From Octopus sinensis (taxonomy: Eukaryota): a stretch of DNA of 64,000 bases. How positions within the stretch are numbered: position 1 is the stretch's first letter; each line of letters opens with the position of its first letter. The position numbers and the translations under genes were made by a program. The notes beneath the pieces are model-generated. The model did not search any database, was not told the origin of the DNA, and was given only the letters and a program-made list of their open reading frames with translations. Where the stretch lies: NCBI RefSeq assembly GCF_006345805.1, contig NC_043003.1, positions 90,830,001-90,894,000 of the forward strand, read 5' to 3'. Positions 1 through 12,547 of this stretch are shown here, piece by piece.

Positions 1-99
1 GATTTGCATTCGTGTCCTACAGGCAGCCTCCAACTCTTTTTCTATCTGGAAGGGATTTTCAACCCAGTATTTACATGATATTATTCATAACTTTACAAG

Positions 100-500
100 G
101 TGGCAGGTTAGCAGAACTGTTAGCATGCTGGACAATTGCTTACTGGTGTTTCTTCTGTCTTTTGTTCTGAGTTCCAAGTTCTCCAAAGGACAACTTTGCC
201 TTTGATCCTTTCAAGGTCAATAAAATAAGTACCAGCTGAGCACTGGGGCCAATGGCCTTGTGCCAGAATTTGAAACCAATATTTAAAGATGGTGGACTGG
301 TAGAATCATTTCCACACTGGACAAAATGCTAAGTGGCATTTCTACCGACTTTACATTCTGAGCTCAAATGCTGTGAGGGACGACTTTTGCCTTTCATCCT
401 TTTGAGGGCAATACAATAAGTACCAGTTGAGCACTTGGGTCAACGTCCCCTCCCTCAAAATTTCAGACCTTGTACCTATAGTAGAAAGGATTATTTATAA
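100..500 (+). mobile_element. Two tandem decayed copies of a tRNA-like-head SINE family ('family C': gttcaaattcc...ctttgcctttcatcctttc...aataagtaccag)
   Basis: The same core recurs at ~100-275 and ~290-500, and at 15200-15410(-), 26445-26620(+), 43890-44010(-), 53665-53880(-), 59925-60128(-), 63050-63240(-), 63280-63490(-) and 63890-64000(-). Confidence 0.75.
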
Positions 501-1189
501 CTTCATGTGTTTTGAGATCTGTTCCAAAAATTATTTTATGTTCTCCTGAGACTTTATAATTCTAATGATGTCAATTTATATTTTTATTTTATCTAACAGA
601 ATGTGTGCTCAACAATCAGAGGTTCTATGTTTATCTTCATAGGGCCTTAATATTACCATTTCTGTCACTGTGTTTCAAGACTAGTGAGTGCTGTTAGTCA
701 TTACCATGAAGTGACATCACTGGATATCATCTTCATGTTGTATGTCTAAGGCTAGTCAATTTGGTGGAGACTGTCTTCCACTAAACAATAGTCTCAGAAG
801 TTAAAGCCAGTTCTATTATTTGACAAACAAACATCTGTCTTACAGTGCTTCTGCTACCTATAACCAAGAACTATACCACATAGTAGTGGCTACTAATGGC
901 ATGTAAATTAAGCAATTGGAAAGTAAGTGCTTTGATTACAAACATCTTTCAGAAAGTGAATGACAAATGTTTGGCTGTCAGTCCAGTATTCATCAATTTA
1001 GTTTTACATATATATACATACATTTTTTTCTTTTTTTCTTTTTTTTCTTTTTTTTTTCTTTTTTTCTGCCTTTAACCCTCCAATGCTGAGTATAGGCCTC
1101 TTATAATTGAATTCCATGTCACATAATTTTTCGCTTCTGTACTTATACTCTGCCGTGAATGTCCCCCTTTCTCTAGTTCCTTTCGTGTT

Positions 1190-1565
1190 GATCAACGCCA
1201 CAAGTTCTTAGGCCTATCTTTCTTTCTATATCCATCTGGTTTCCATTTTAAAGCACTTTTCGCTATATTTGGTTTGTCTTTTCTCATTGTGCTACCAATC
1301 CACTTTTTCTTAAATATTTGCTCCCTAATCGAAACTTGATTTGTTCTTTCCCATAGCTCCATATTGCTTATGTGTTTGGGCCATCTAATTTTAAGTATAC
1401 TATGCAAGCATCTGTTGATGAATGATTGTATTTGCTTATTTGACTTAACTGTTGTTCGCCATGTCTCAGCCCCATACAATAACACCGCTTTTACGTTAGT
1501 GTTAAAAATTCTTATTTTGTTCTTTATTGAAATTACACTTGCACTCCATACTTTCTTTAACAGGT
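1190..1565 (-). pseudogene. RTE-clade LINE ORF2 C-terminal fragment
   Basis: Translation KIRIFNTNVKAVLLYGAETW...RCLHSILKIRWP..ISN..LWERTNQ...KWKPDGYRKKDRPKNLWR is the typical post-RT region of RTE/BovB-like LINEs. Confidence 0.85.
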
Positions 1566-1699
1566 GAAAAGTGGTCCTTGCCTTACTTATTGTCGTCTTA
1601 TACATACATACGTACACAGAAATACACACACGTGCATGCGCACACTCACACATGTATATACAAACATCACAGTCACTGTATCACTGTATCAACCAGACT

Positions 1700-2520
1700 A
1701 TTGGATGTTATTATAAACCACTGGTCCCAATGCCCTTCCAGTTCTTCTTTCTTGATTGTGCTATTCTTTTTCATCTTGGTCCATATAGTTTAACTAAATT
1801 GTCTTGCAATCTGTGTAGAGGTTTTCTGGGTGACTTTTTCTGGTCTCTTGGAATCCACTCAGCAACTGCATGCATCCACTTGTCTGTGAATGTTGAGACA
1901 TGTCTGATCCAGCAGAACTTGGTGATTTTGGTATTCTGCGATCATATCATTCACTTCACTCCATTCTCTAATCATTTAATTTCAGACACGCTCTCGCAAT
2001 GATACTCTGAACACAGATCTTTCAATGGCACTTTTCATAGTAGCCCATGTCTCACTTGCACAGAAGAACAAAGGTATGACAATGCTATTTTGCATGTACC
2101 CAGACAGCTGTTGTACAGTGAATTCATGCAGTGCTCACGCAAACAAGGAAGCCCTAAACTGATGTAAAAGGACATCCTGAAAAGCACCCACAAATGGAGT
2201 GGCATTAGTCCATGCAAACTTGAAGCCTCTGCCATAGACAGATCAGCGTGAAGCTCTCTCACCTCGTGTGTAGCAGCATCTCACTGCTGCAAGAGACAGA
2301 TGTCACAGGGCAGCATCTGTCTCAATCCAGACAACAAACTATCGTTATGGCTCTGGACTGTGAAGTCAGGCACTCTCATCACTGAGAACACAGACTTTGT
2401 CATCTCCAGATATTGACGGACAAGCAACAACATATATATATATATATATCTCCTTATGTCAGGAAATACTTCAGCCCTGATCAGCAGTTGACCTTCACCA
2501 AATTTCAAGTGCAATAGAAT
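1700..2520 (-). pseudogene. Second, different RTE-clade LINE 3' fragment (frameshifted)
   Basis: Minus-strand pieces read ASETWATMK..AIERSVFRVSLRERV and HVSTFTDKWMHAVAEWIPRDQKKSPRKP. Confidence 0.65.
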
Positions 2521-3038
2521 TTTGTAATTGGTGAACTGCTCACATGCAAATACTAGTGTACAGCTCTACACACATTGAAAAGAAATCCAGCTGATTAGCA
2601 ATGCTTCACACACTAGTATATTACAATCACCAGTTCACAGACATGTTCTTCCTTTTCATGCCTCTCCCACCCTAAGTAAACAATACCCTCTGCTTCTCTA
2701 AACCAATGAGATGTATACCCAACTCCAGCCATACCCATTTGATATACTCTTCCTCTCACTACTCCTCTATCATATCTCACCTCATAGTTCTTGCACTTAA
2801 TTTATCTTATTCCTCTAGAACTCACTTCATACCTGCATATATAAAATTTTCTTTCCCGATTTCAGTCTTTGAAATTTGAACATCAACCACGTTGATTTTA
2901 CCAGACAATGGCACTTCTCTCACCTTATGTTTAACTTATAAACAATGATACCAGATGCAACCAGATTTCATCAGGCCATACTAATAACTATGTTGAAAAT
3001 GCTAAATTTCTGTTGGCAGGTTATCTTTACTACCATCT

Positions 3039-3040
<2 letters not shown>

Positions 3041-3075
<35 letters not shown>
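3041..3075. repeat. (CT)n microsatellite
   Basis: Direct reading. Confidence 0.95.
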
Positions 3076-3078
<3 letters not shown>

Positions 3079-4759
3079 TTAAATAGGAACACAAATATGT
3101 AGGATAGTTCTGAATTTGAAATGGATAGCAGATGTACAATTTAGAAGTTGGATGTAAATATGCAGCAAATAAATGTGGGTTTTAAATGTGATGGTAATTA
3201 AAAGTAGCAATGGCTAGGCTAGGAAAAAATATGAGACTTGTTAAAACATTTATTCTTCTTAAACATTAAAAGGTTAAGAAAATAGCACAATGAAACCAAC
3301 AACAAGAATTAGAAGTAGTTAAGTTGGTGTAATATTTAAATAATTGTTAATATTTATTTAAATACTGCTAAACAATAATATCTAAAGAAATATGGTTCAC
3401 ATCTGGTATGTTTTAAGGAATAGATTTCTTTATAGGTGCAAGAGATAAAAGAGGAAAAGGATTTATATCCAAGAAAGGATCAAGAATTGAAGATTTTTCA
3501 GTTGAAGTTGTTGCTGTTGTCATTGTTGTCATCATCATCATCATTGTCATTGTTGCTGTTGTCCCAGGTCAGCTCTGAACAAGGAGACTTAATGACCAGC
3601 AGGTATTGGCCAAACAGTGAGGCATGAGTCCACAGATGTGTAGAAAATATGCTATGTGAATATATTTTCTGCAGTTCCATAGAGCAAGGTGCAACCAGAT
3701 TACATTGTACTCAAGTTGTTCAACCTTTTTGATGCCAACCCACCTGAAACTGATCTTGATTCTATGTTACAAACTTTCTAGTTTGAAATGATCTAAATAA
3801 AAATACTTCCATGACAAGGTCATGCTAATTTATGTTTCACCAGATTAACAAGGACAAAGTTATTTTTTTAAATTCTTTATCGTTTTCAAAAGTAACTGAA
3901 ACAAAGGCAGTGCATTTCAATAGAAATGTGGTAGCAAAAAATTTTAATATGATACTGTTACTCAAGTTGTTATTTTCTATATGATAGAACTGCCATAGCA
4001 ATCTCTAACATCACTATACCTAAGATTCATCTGCTTGGATAAAGTATTTTTGACATAATACCATATTTAGTAAGTAGCCTAGCTGTTACTAAGGAAACTA
4101 GATGTAGGTGAATGGTGTGTGAGAGCTTTACAACCCACTTACAGAGATACACTTCCCGAAAGTAAGGTCAAACAGTATGAAAACAAAATCAATGGGTTAC
4201 TGGAAAATTTAATTTGGTAGTAAATTTTTTTTTTTTCTTTCTGAATAAGAGATACAAATGCATGACTAAAATGTGTATATTATATTAGACATGATAGCTG
4301 TCAACATATATTTTATCCTGAAGAGTTTTATCAAACAAAATCTGACTATAGTATAATATTTGAAGCCTCATTGAGTCTTTTAATTTAAGGCTCCTTAATG
4401 ACACTGACCTAATAAGTTTAGGGTTTTTAAGATAATACAAAAAAAAATCAGAAATAGTTTTAAAATATTTAAATCTGCATGATACTGCCTCTAGTTCTCT
4501 GATATAAACAACATTTTTTTCAAGTGATCTAAATTAAAATCTTCCATTAAAATTCCATATTTATGTTCTAAACACAAACTTAAAAGTGACAAAGTTATTC
4601 TAATAAATGTTTTGATAGTTTCAACATTAATTGAAACTGTAACAAGATTCAAAACCTAACTGGAGTGAGCCACCATAGTTTCACATGATTGGTCTATAAA
4701 TCAACCAATCAGCATGATACGGGTTTTCTCAAATTTTCTAAAATTTGACTCCTTGTCCT

Positions 4760-6790
4760 CTATAAAAACCACTACTGACCCCACAGATTGCCTTGAAGAT
4801 TTCTGCAGACGACTTTGTGTATTTTTGACAGATAGAAGGGATGCGGAAATCCAAATGAAAATTCTATCAAAACTGAATATGGACCAGTATTTGACAATGC
4901 AGAAACCATCAGAAGAGTGTAACAGAATATTAAAATCAAGCCATGATATGGCAGAAATTCAATGGAAAGAATATTTCCACATAAGACCAGTGCAAAAATG
5001 TCAAAAGACAACTAAAGTGTTGCAAGAAAAACAGAAAATATATTGGGATGTAGACCCATGTATAGCATGTGGTGGGATGCACCTGAAAAAAGATTGTCCA
5101 TATAAAAAGCAAAGTGTTTTTGCTGCGTGTTTACAGGATATATAAAAATCACACTGCAAAATTAGACTGATAGGAAAATGGAACAAACAAGGAAATGCAA
5201 ATAGTTTGTCAGCAGGAAAAGTTGTGACTATAACAAACAGAAAATTCATGACTGGGAGAATTGAAACCAGTAGTGTAAGAATGCAGTTAGACACAGGAAA
5301 TTATATCAGAACCATAAAGGAGAAAACATGGTAACAAATGGGTAAACCAAAATTATGTAATTCAAACAAAATCGCATATGGTGTTAGGGGAAGAAAATTA
5401 TATTCCATGGGCGAACACATTTGTAATATAATGTTCAAAGGTTGAACAAAAAAAGTGAAAGTTTATGTGTTGAAAAAATCCATGAATTTATTTGGCACTG
5501 AATGCATGGAGAAATTTAATTTATGAGATACACCCAAAAGCACTTTGTGTAATAGTGTAAATGGAGCAGTCAAATGAACTGAAACAAAAAGAAGTCATGT
5601 GGAACATCATGTGTGAACTACCAGTAACTTTGGAAGAGTAGAATAGAAAACTGTGGTCTACAAAAGGAAATAAAAAAAGGTCTGATGCAAAGAACCCCCA
5701 AGATATGAACGTGTATTCTATATATGGTGGGGTACTAATGTAAGCTCAGAGGGTGGTCATACCACATACATTACAGAAAAGAACACTAAAAGAGTTTCAT
5801 GTGGGATACCCCAGCATCTCTAGAAGGAAAAGGCTGATGCGAAGTTTTGAATACTGGACAAGCATGGACAAGGAAGTTGAAAAGGCTGCAGAAGATGTGC
5901 CCTGGCAGCAAAACTACCGACTACAAAATGTGAACCTTGGCCAAAAGTGAAAATACCATGGTCCCAATTGCATATCGATTTTGCAGACCCAGTATATCGA
6001 TATTATTACTTAACAGTAGTGGACAGCTACACAAAATGGCCTGAGGTCACAAGGTGTAAACAAGCAACCCCATATACAGTAATAAACTTCTTACATGAGC
6101 TGTTTTCAAAGTTTAGTGTACCGGATACAATTGTCTCTGATAATGGAACACAGTTTGTATCCAGTGAGTTTAAAAGATTCTATGAGATATTCACATTAGA
6201 ACATAAAACTAAAGCACCATATCAGCCTAAATCAAATGGAAGGGCCAAACGGTCAGTGGATTCTTTTAAGAGAGCTTTAAAGAAAGTTAATAAGGAAGCC
6301 ACAGACAAGGTCACAATCCAACAATTCTTAAGGGTATACAGGGTAACTCCGAATCCAAATGTGCCAGAAGGAAGTTCCCCAGCAAAATTAATGTTTGCCA
6401 GAAAGGTTAAGTCAGTATTTGATAAACTGTTACCAGTGAAGAAGAAAATACGTACTTGTAAAGACATACCAAAATTCTTTAGAATAGGTGATAAGGTATA
6501 TATAAGAATGTACAAAAATGGTAAGCAATACTGGAAAGAAGGAGAAACTGTAACATACATAGGAAGAATGATGTATGGTGTAAGAAGCAGAAATGGAATG
6601 GAAAAGAGACATAGAAATCAGCTTAAGGAAAGAGTCATAGAAAAGCAACCAACAAGAGTAGAAATACTGATGGATTGGCTATATGACACTTTACAGGTAC
6701 CAACACCATTACAAGAAGTCAAAACCATATGAACAAGGAAAATGTAGAACACTGAAGTACACCCTAAAAGTACACCCTAAGAGGAAACGA
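4760..6790 (+). mobile_element. Decayed Ty3/gypsy LTR retrotransposon (gag zinc knuckle, protease, integrase); RT/RNase H missing
   Basis: CIACGGMHLKKDC knuckle in ORF 4714-5145; protease motif MQLDTG at ~5281; integrase zinc-binding region (LKEFHVGYPSISRRKRLMRSFEYW, 5753-5950); rve core (HIDFA..VVDSYTKWPEV..IVSDNGTQF..PYQPKSNGRAKRSV, 5947-6732). No LTRs recognised. Confidence 0.9.
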
Positions 6791-6829
6791 CATTGATATA
6801 TATATATATACATATATATAGAAATAGAA

Positions 6830-9215
6830 GGTGATATAGCTTCACATGGGGTAGAAGACAACTGAAGGTTTCTAAGGGACAACCTGCTGAGAGCCACTGA
6901 CCAGATCTGTGGATGGTGCAAAGTCCCCTCTCAACCCAAAATAATGTGGTAGTGAACAATGTTGTAGACAGGGCTATTAGAGAAAAGTGACAGTCTTGGA
7001 AGGACTGGAAGAATGGTGGTAGCAGGGAATTGTATCAGACTGCCAGAAGAGAAGCTAGGAGACAGGTTTATTTAGCCAGAGGGGAAGCAGATAAGAAAAA
7101 ATTTGCCAATGTTCTGTGCTATGAGGACCAAAGACTTGAGGTATTTCATGTTGCAAGACAGTGTATGAGAGAGAATCGTGATGTTGTAGGAAAGAAATGT
7201 GTTCGCATGGATGATGGTTCTCTTGCACTAAATGAGGCTGCAAAGAGAGAGGTTTGGAGACGCCACTATGAAAGGTTGCTGAACAAAGAAAATGAATGGG
7301 AGAAAGAGAATCTGCCGAATGTTGAACCAACCAGCTATCCGAGTTGACAGTACCTTGGTAGTTAAAGCAATTAAGAGTATGAAGACAGGGAAAGCCCCCG
7401 GCCCATCAGGAATTACTGCAGAGATGCTCAAAATATCTGGCAGTGTTGGCATTAGCCTGGTCACCTGTATAGTTAACCAGGCAATACATGAAAGAATCAT
7501 ACCCAATGACTGGTGTAGCAGCACTATAGTCAACTGTTACAAAGGTAAAGGTGATGCTTTAGATACAAATAATTACAGAGGTATCAAGCTCTTGGATCAG
7601 GTAATGAAGATCACGGAGAGGGTGATAGCCCAACTAATTAGGGAGAGAGTCCAGTTTGGACGAGATGCAGTTTGGTTTCGTGCCAGGGAAAAGCACCACT
7701 GATGCTATATTTCTGGTTAGACACCTGCAGGAGAAATACCTAGCCAAAGATAAGCCCCTGTACCTGGCTTTCGTTGACATGGAGAAAGCCTTTGACAGGG
7801 TCCCCCGATCCTTTATCTGGTGGTCCCTTCAGGTAGATGGCCCTGCTCGATCTGTAGAAAAGGCGTAGGTAGAAACTCTATAAGATGTACCCAGTGTAAG
7901 CTTTAGACACATAAGAGGTGCAACAATATCAAAGGAAGGCTAACTGGGAGGATGGTTTTCGTATGTGGCAGATGCTCGGGAGCTATAAATAACACTGAAA
8001 ATGTGCAGAGAACAACTTCTGCCACATTCCAGGGAGAAAAACTAGAAGTAGTTGATAGCTTCCATTACCTAGGTGACCAAGTCAGTAGCGGGGGAGGGTG
8101 CACTGAAACTGTAGCTGCTAGAATAAGAATAACCTGGGCTAAGTTCAGAGAGCTCTTATCTCTGCTGGTGACAAAGGACCTCTCGCTCACAGTAAAAGGT
8201 AGACTGTATGATGCATGTGTACGAACAGCCATGCTACATGGCAGTGAAATATGGGCCGTGACTGTTGAGGATATGTGTAAGCTCACAAGGAATGAAGCTA
8301 GCATGCTCCGATGGATGTGTAATGTCAGTGTGCATAATCAACAGAATGTTAGTGCCCTGAGAGAAAGGTTGGACCTAAGAAGCATCAGATGTGGTGTGCA
8401 AGAGAGACGACTGCATTGGTATGGTCATGTGGCTAGAATGGATGAGGATAGCTGTGTGAAGAAGTGCCACACCCTAGCAGTTGAGGGAACCTGTGGAAGA
8501 GGTAGACCCAGGAAGACCTGGGATGAGGTGGTGAAGCATGACCTTCAAACATTGGGCCTCATCGAGGCAATAACTAGTGACCAGGACCTCTGGAAATATG
8601 CTGTGCTGCAGAAGACTCGGCAAGTGCAAGTGTGACCATAACCTTGTGGCCCATGCTAGGGGGTAACCAGTTCACTTATGTGTGCCTTTTCTTCATTGGA
8701 CACTAAACTCTGGTTGCAAAGACCAGTTGAAGCAAGTGAAATCAAATTCGAAATCAAACTCGGTGACTGGCAGCCGTTGCTAGTGGAGCGCTAAGATTGC
8801 CATTCGAGTGAGATCGTTGCCAGAGACACAAGCTGGCCTTCATGCCGATGGCACGTTAGGCACACCATTCAAGCATGATCATTACCGCATCACCTTACTA
8901 GTACTTGTGCTGGTGGCACGTGAAACATTCCAACGAGGTCGTTGCATGTGCCGCTGGACTGGCTCCTGTGCAGGTGGCACGTAAAAAGCACCATTTGGGC
9001 GTGGTCGTTGTCAATACCACCAAACTGGCCCTCGTGCCGGTGGCACGTAAAAGCACCCACTACACTCTCTGAGTTGTTGGTGTTAGGAAGAGCATCCAGC
9101 TGTAGAAACTCTGCCAGATCAGATTGGAGTCTGGTTCGCCAGACCTCAGTCAAATCGTCCAACCCATGCTAGCATGGAAAGCGGACATTAAATGATGATG
9201 ATGATGATGATATAT
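6830..9215 (+). mobile_element. RTE-clade LINE, 5'-truncated and internally deleted, with PHD finger and 3' tail ending in (ATG)n
   Basis: RT N-terminal motifs (KAPGPSGITAEMLK, NYRGIKLLDQVMK, QFGFVPGKSTTDAIF, LAFVDMEKAFDRVPR) at 7292-7829; post-RT domain (FHYLGDQVSSGGG..MLHGSEIW..RGRPRKTWDEVV) at 7952-8635; 3' UTR shared with SINE family B. Confidence 0.92.
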
Positions 9216-9639
9216 AAAAGGAGGTAAGGTGAATAAAAGAAATTAATTGTTAATAAAAAATTTAAAAGGGGAGATGTTGTATAGTGAAACTGTACATCTC
9301 TCCCAGTAACAAGTGGTAGTAACAAGTCATTATAAATAGACCAGTAGCCAGTCGACAGAGAGATGGTTTGATACTGGTGATACGTTTCCATCTTCAGTCT
9401 CTAGCTCCTTACAAACTTTGTTAATGAAAGATCTGACAACTTTTAAAAAATGAGATATTCCTAAATCGTTATACTCAGCCTTTATAATCACAATAATGGC
9501 ATACCTCTTCATTTCTTATGTAAGCTGAGGGTCTGCCATTATTATTTTCTGAAATAAAGATTATACAGAGTTAGCAAAAACTGCAGCAATGACCCCCAAA
9601 AGTTATGTCCTCAAATACCTTATGCACTCTGTATATATA

Positions 9640-10160
9640 TAGAAGAGGTTGACCTAGGAAGACATGGGACAAGGTGGTGAAGCATGATCTTCAAATGTTG
9701 GGCCTCATGGGGACAGTGACTAATGACTGACACTTTTGGTGATATTCTGTGCTTGAGAAGACTTGTCAAGCCAAGTGAAATCATAGTCATGGCCATTGCC
9801 AGAAGCATGATCTTTGAATGTTGGCCTCAAGGAGGAGATGATAAGTAACCAAGACCTCGGCAATATTCTGTGCTTGAGAAGATTCGCCAAACCAAATGAA
9901 ACCATAGTCATGGCTGTTACCTGGGTCATCCAAATGGCACCCATTTAATCGTAGTCATGGCCATTGCTGGTGTCATATAAATGGCACCCATGCAGGTGGC
10001 ACATAAAGAGCACCAATTATACCCTTGGAGTAGTTGGCATTAGGAAGGGCATCCAGCCATAGAAACCTTGCCAGATACGACTGGAACCTGCTGCAGCTCT
10101 CTGGTTTATCAGTTCCAGTCAAACAACATGGAATCAGATGTTAAATGATGATGATGATAT
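9640..10160 (+). mobile_element. RTE 3'-end fragments (with a ~124-bp tandem duplication) followed by a SINE family B tail
   Basis: The unit gaagcatgatctt...tattctgtgcttgagaaga...gaaa(t/c)catagtcatggc occurs twice (~9679-9802, ~9803-9915), then the ...gttaaatgatgatg tail. Confidence 0.7.
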
Positions 10161-10874
10161 ATATATATATATGTGTGTTGGATGGTTTGACTAAGGACTG
10201 ACGAACCAGAAGGCTGCATCAGGCTCCAATCTGATCTGACAAAGTTTCTACAGATGGATACCCTTCCTAATGCCAAACATTCTATGAGTGCAGTGGGTGC
10301 TTTTACATGCCACCAGCATGAGGGACAGTCAGGTGGTACTGGCAACACCCACACTCAAAAGGTGTTTTTTACATGCTACCTGCATGAGAGCTAGTCTGGC
10401 AGCACTGACAACGACCACACTGGAATGTTGTTTTTCACAATGTATATATATATATATATTGTATAAAAGGTCGTGTGTAAGTCTACATTAATTCATATAT
10501 TTGTTTTCTTGTAATTTACCTTGCATTTACTTCACATTGTTTTGACCTTACTCACAATCTTTTATACAATATATTCTATACAATGCTTCATAGTAATTAT
10601 TCCATTATATATATATATATATATATTATGTTTATATATTTGTTGTGCAAGAATAGAAATACAAAATGGCTGACGGTTAGTAAGGGGAGACACACAAATA
10701 AGAAAGAAGAAAGCAAAGGACCACTGATGCGGTCACAGGAGTGTGACGAAAGAACTCTGGCCGAAATAAGATTGAGATTAATGTAAAAAATAAATAACAC
10801 TGAAGCAAAATGACACCAAATATATAGTGCGTGTGTTTTTATTGGCTAAACTGGCAAAATGACCATTCCGAAAT

Positions 10875-10922
<48 letters not shown>

Positions 10923-11015
10923 CGATAATCGGTAAAACATAAATCTGTAAAAGAAGCACACTCTACGTTATAGAGCAGTATATAATATAAATAAAGTTAG
11001 ATAAGGCCAGTTTAT

Positions 11016-11063
11016 GGGATTACCCTGAGTTTTACACCCATAAAGTGTATATCATCAATTCTC
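11016..11063 (-). ncRNA. Decayed inverted copy of the same hammerhead
   Basis: Minus strand reads gagaat-TGATGA-tatacactttatgggtgt-AAAA-ctcagggt-a-atccc. The core C is lost, GAAA has become AAAA and stem II is shortened. Confidence 0.6.
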
Positions 11064-11148
11064 AAAATCTAATGGCTTAAGGCCTCTCTAGCGAGTGTGG
11101 CTTCCATATTCCAGAGAGGCCACTCACTAGAGAGATCTTAAGTCAACA

Positions 11149-11222
11149 GGTTTTGGGATCTGATGATATGCCATAAAGCTAAGTGCTTTATGGACATGAA
11201 ACCAAGGGTAATCCCATAAACC
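11149..11222 (+). ncRNA. Type I hammerhead ribozyme, core intact
   Basis: Stem I ggttttGGGAT/ATCCCa(t)aaacc; CTGATGA at 11160-11166; one extra T; stem II ATG-CCATAAAGC/GCTTTATGG-(A)-CAT; GAAA at 11198-11201; stem III ACC-aag-GGT; GUA cleavage triplet, predicted cut after 11210. Confidence 0.85.
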
Positions 11223-11299
11223 AGCCTTATCTAACTTTATGCAACACACACATATCTATATATACATTTGTATATATCTATGTGTATGTGTCTATGTCT

Positions 11300-11515
11300 G
11301 TGTTTGTCCCACCACTGCTTGACAACCTATGTTGATGTGTTTACATCTCTGTAAGTATTAGTTCGGCAAAAGAGACTGATTGAATAAGCACTAGCCTTTA
11401 AAAAAATATATATATAAGTCCTGAGGTCAATTTATTTGAATAAAACTCTTCAAAGCAGTGCTCCGGCATGGCCACAGTCAAATGACTGAAACAAGTAAAA
11501 GATAGAAGATGAAAG
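11300..11515 (+). mobile_element. 3' half of SINE family A
   Basis: Matches the 3' half of the full copy at 28079-28460. Confidence 0.8.
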
Positions 11516-11639
11516 ATATGAATGCCATATTTTATGACATTAACCATGGTTTCAATAGTAAACTTCCAAAGTTACCTTTCATATGACAGGTAACATTCTA
11601 GTTTCTTATAACTTACATTATATAAGAATATTTTTATTT

Positions 11640-12005
11640 TTTAATATTTTTTTTAGTTTTGTCTTTGGTCAGTAAGTGTTATTTCCTATTTGCTTCTATT
11701 TAGAAATCAAAGGAAATCACTACCATTCCCTTCAACCATTGCTTTTGTGACCTGGACATCAATGTTCTGAAACTGACCTATTTTCCATTACATTTCAGAC
11801 AGATTCAGCACTGAGTTCCTGAAGCAGAAGTATCATTATAACAAATATTCTGCTCAACAGCACAGATTTGCTTGTCAGTTGCTTGACCTTGACCACCTGA
11901 GCATGTTCCTTTGTGGCTGACAATATGTGCATCTCTGATCATGAGCAGGAGTAATGGGGAACATCATAGCCATGAATTGAGTGGGATTCTTTGGGGTCTG
12001 AATAA
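11640..12005 (+). mobile_element. Interspersed ~360-bp repeat (unclassified)
   Basis: An inverted homologous copy lies at ~40490-40840. Confidence 0.7.
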
Positions 12006-12034
12006 TGTAACAAATGCAAAGTTAGAAGGAAATA

Positions 12035-12547
12035 CCGTAAATGCTCGAGTATAGTCCGTCCTTGAGTATAATATGCTGGGGATTTTTAGGGAGCTGTACC
12101 TCTGAAAAACCTAAACCTTGTATATAATACGCACGCCTTCTCTAACTTGAGTCAAGGAGGTCTATATAACATCCTTGGTTTGTAAAAATGTATACAGTAA
12201 CGTCCTTTATTATTATTGTATATATAACATAATGCAAACGTGTAGCTTTTTTGTGCATTTTGTTTGCAGAAAATAAAGAAATAACAGTAATAACGTTTAA
12301 TAAATGTTGCTTAATGCAAGTTATGGATGATTCTTTTATCACTTCATTGCTTTCAGGCTTAGCTTAAGGTATTTTCACCCCCTGACATCACAAAATGCGT
12401 CTGAATAAACATTGCCAGACAGCAAATAGAGACTCAGACATTGCTTAGAAAATAATTTTCCTTTTTAACCTCGTATATAGTACTCACTAGGGATTTTGAC
12501 CTTTAAATTTTGGGAAAAACATGCAGATTATACTCAAGGATTTACGG
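12035..12547. mobile_element. pogo/Tigger-type MITE with 19-bp TIRs and TA target-site duplication
   Basis: TA|CCGTAAATGCTCGAGTATA ... TATACTCAAGGATTTACGG|TA (2 mismatches); no ORF. Confidence 0.85.

Larger units (their letters stand above)
10930..11240. mobile_element. Fold-back non-autonomous repeat (probable PLE pseudo-LTR pair) carrying hammerhead motifs on both strands
   Basis: ~55-bp imperfect inverted arms (10990-11045 vs 11185-11240) plus an inner IR (tctctag.gagt..ggc / gccactcactagaga). The same family is at 38640-38800. Confidence 0.7.

Noticed and set aside
2531-2638. Nested short inverted repeats (gtgaactg/cagttcac, tactagtgt/acactagta)
   Set aside because: The intervening bases do not pair; too weak to call an element.
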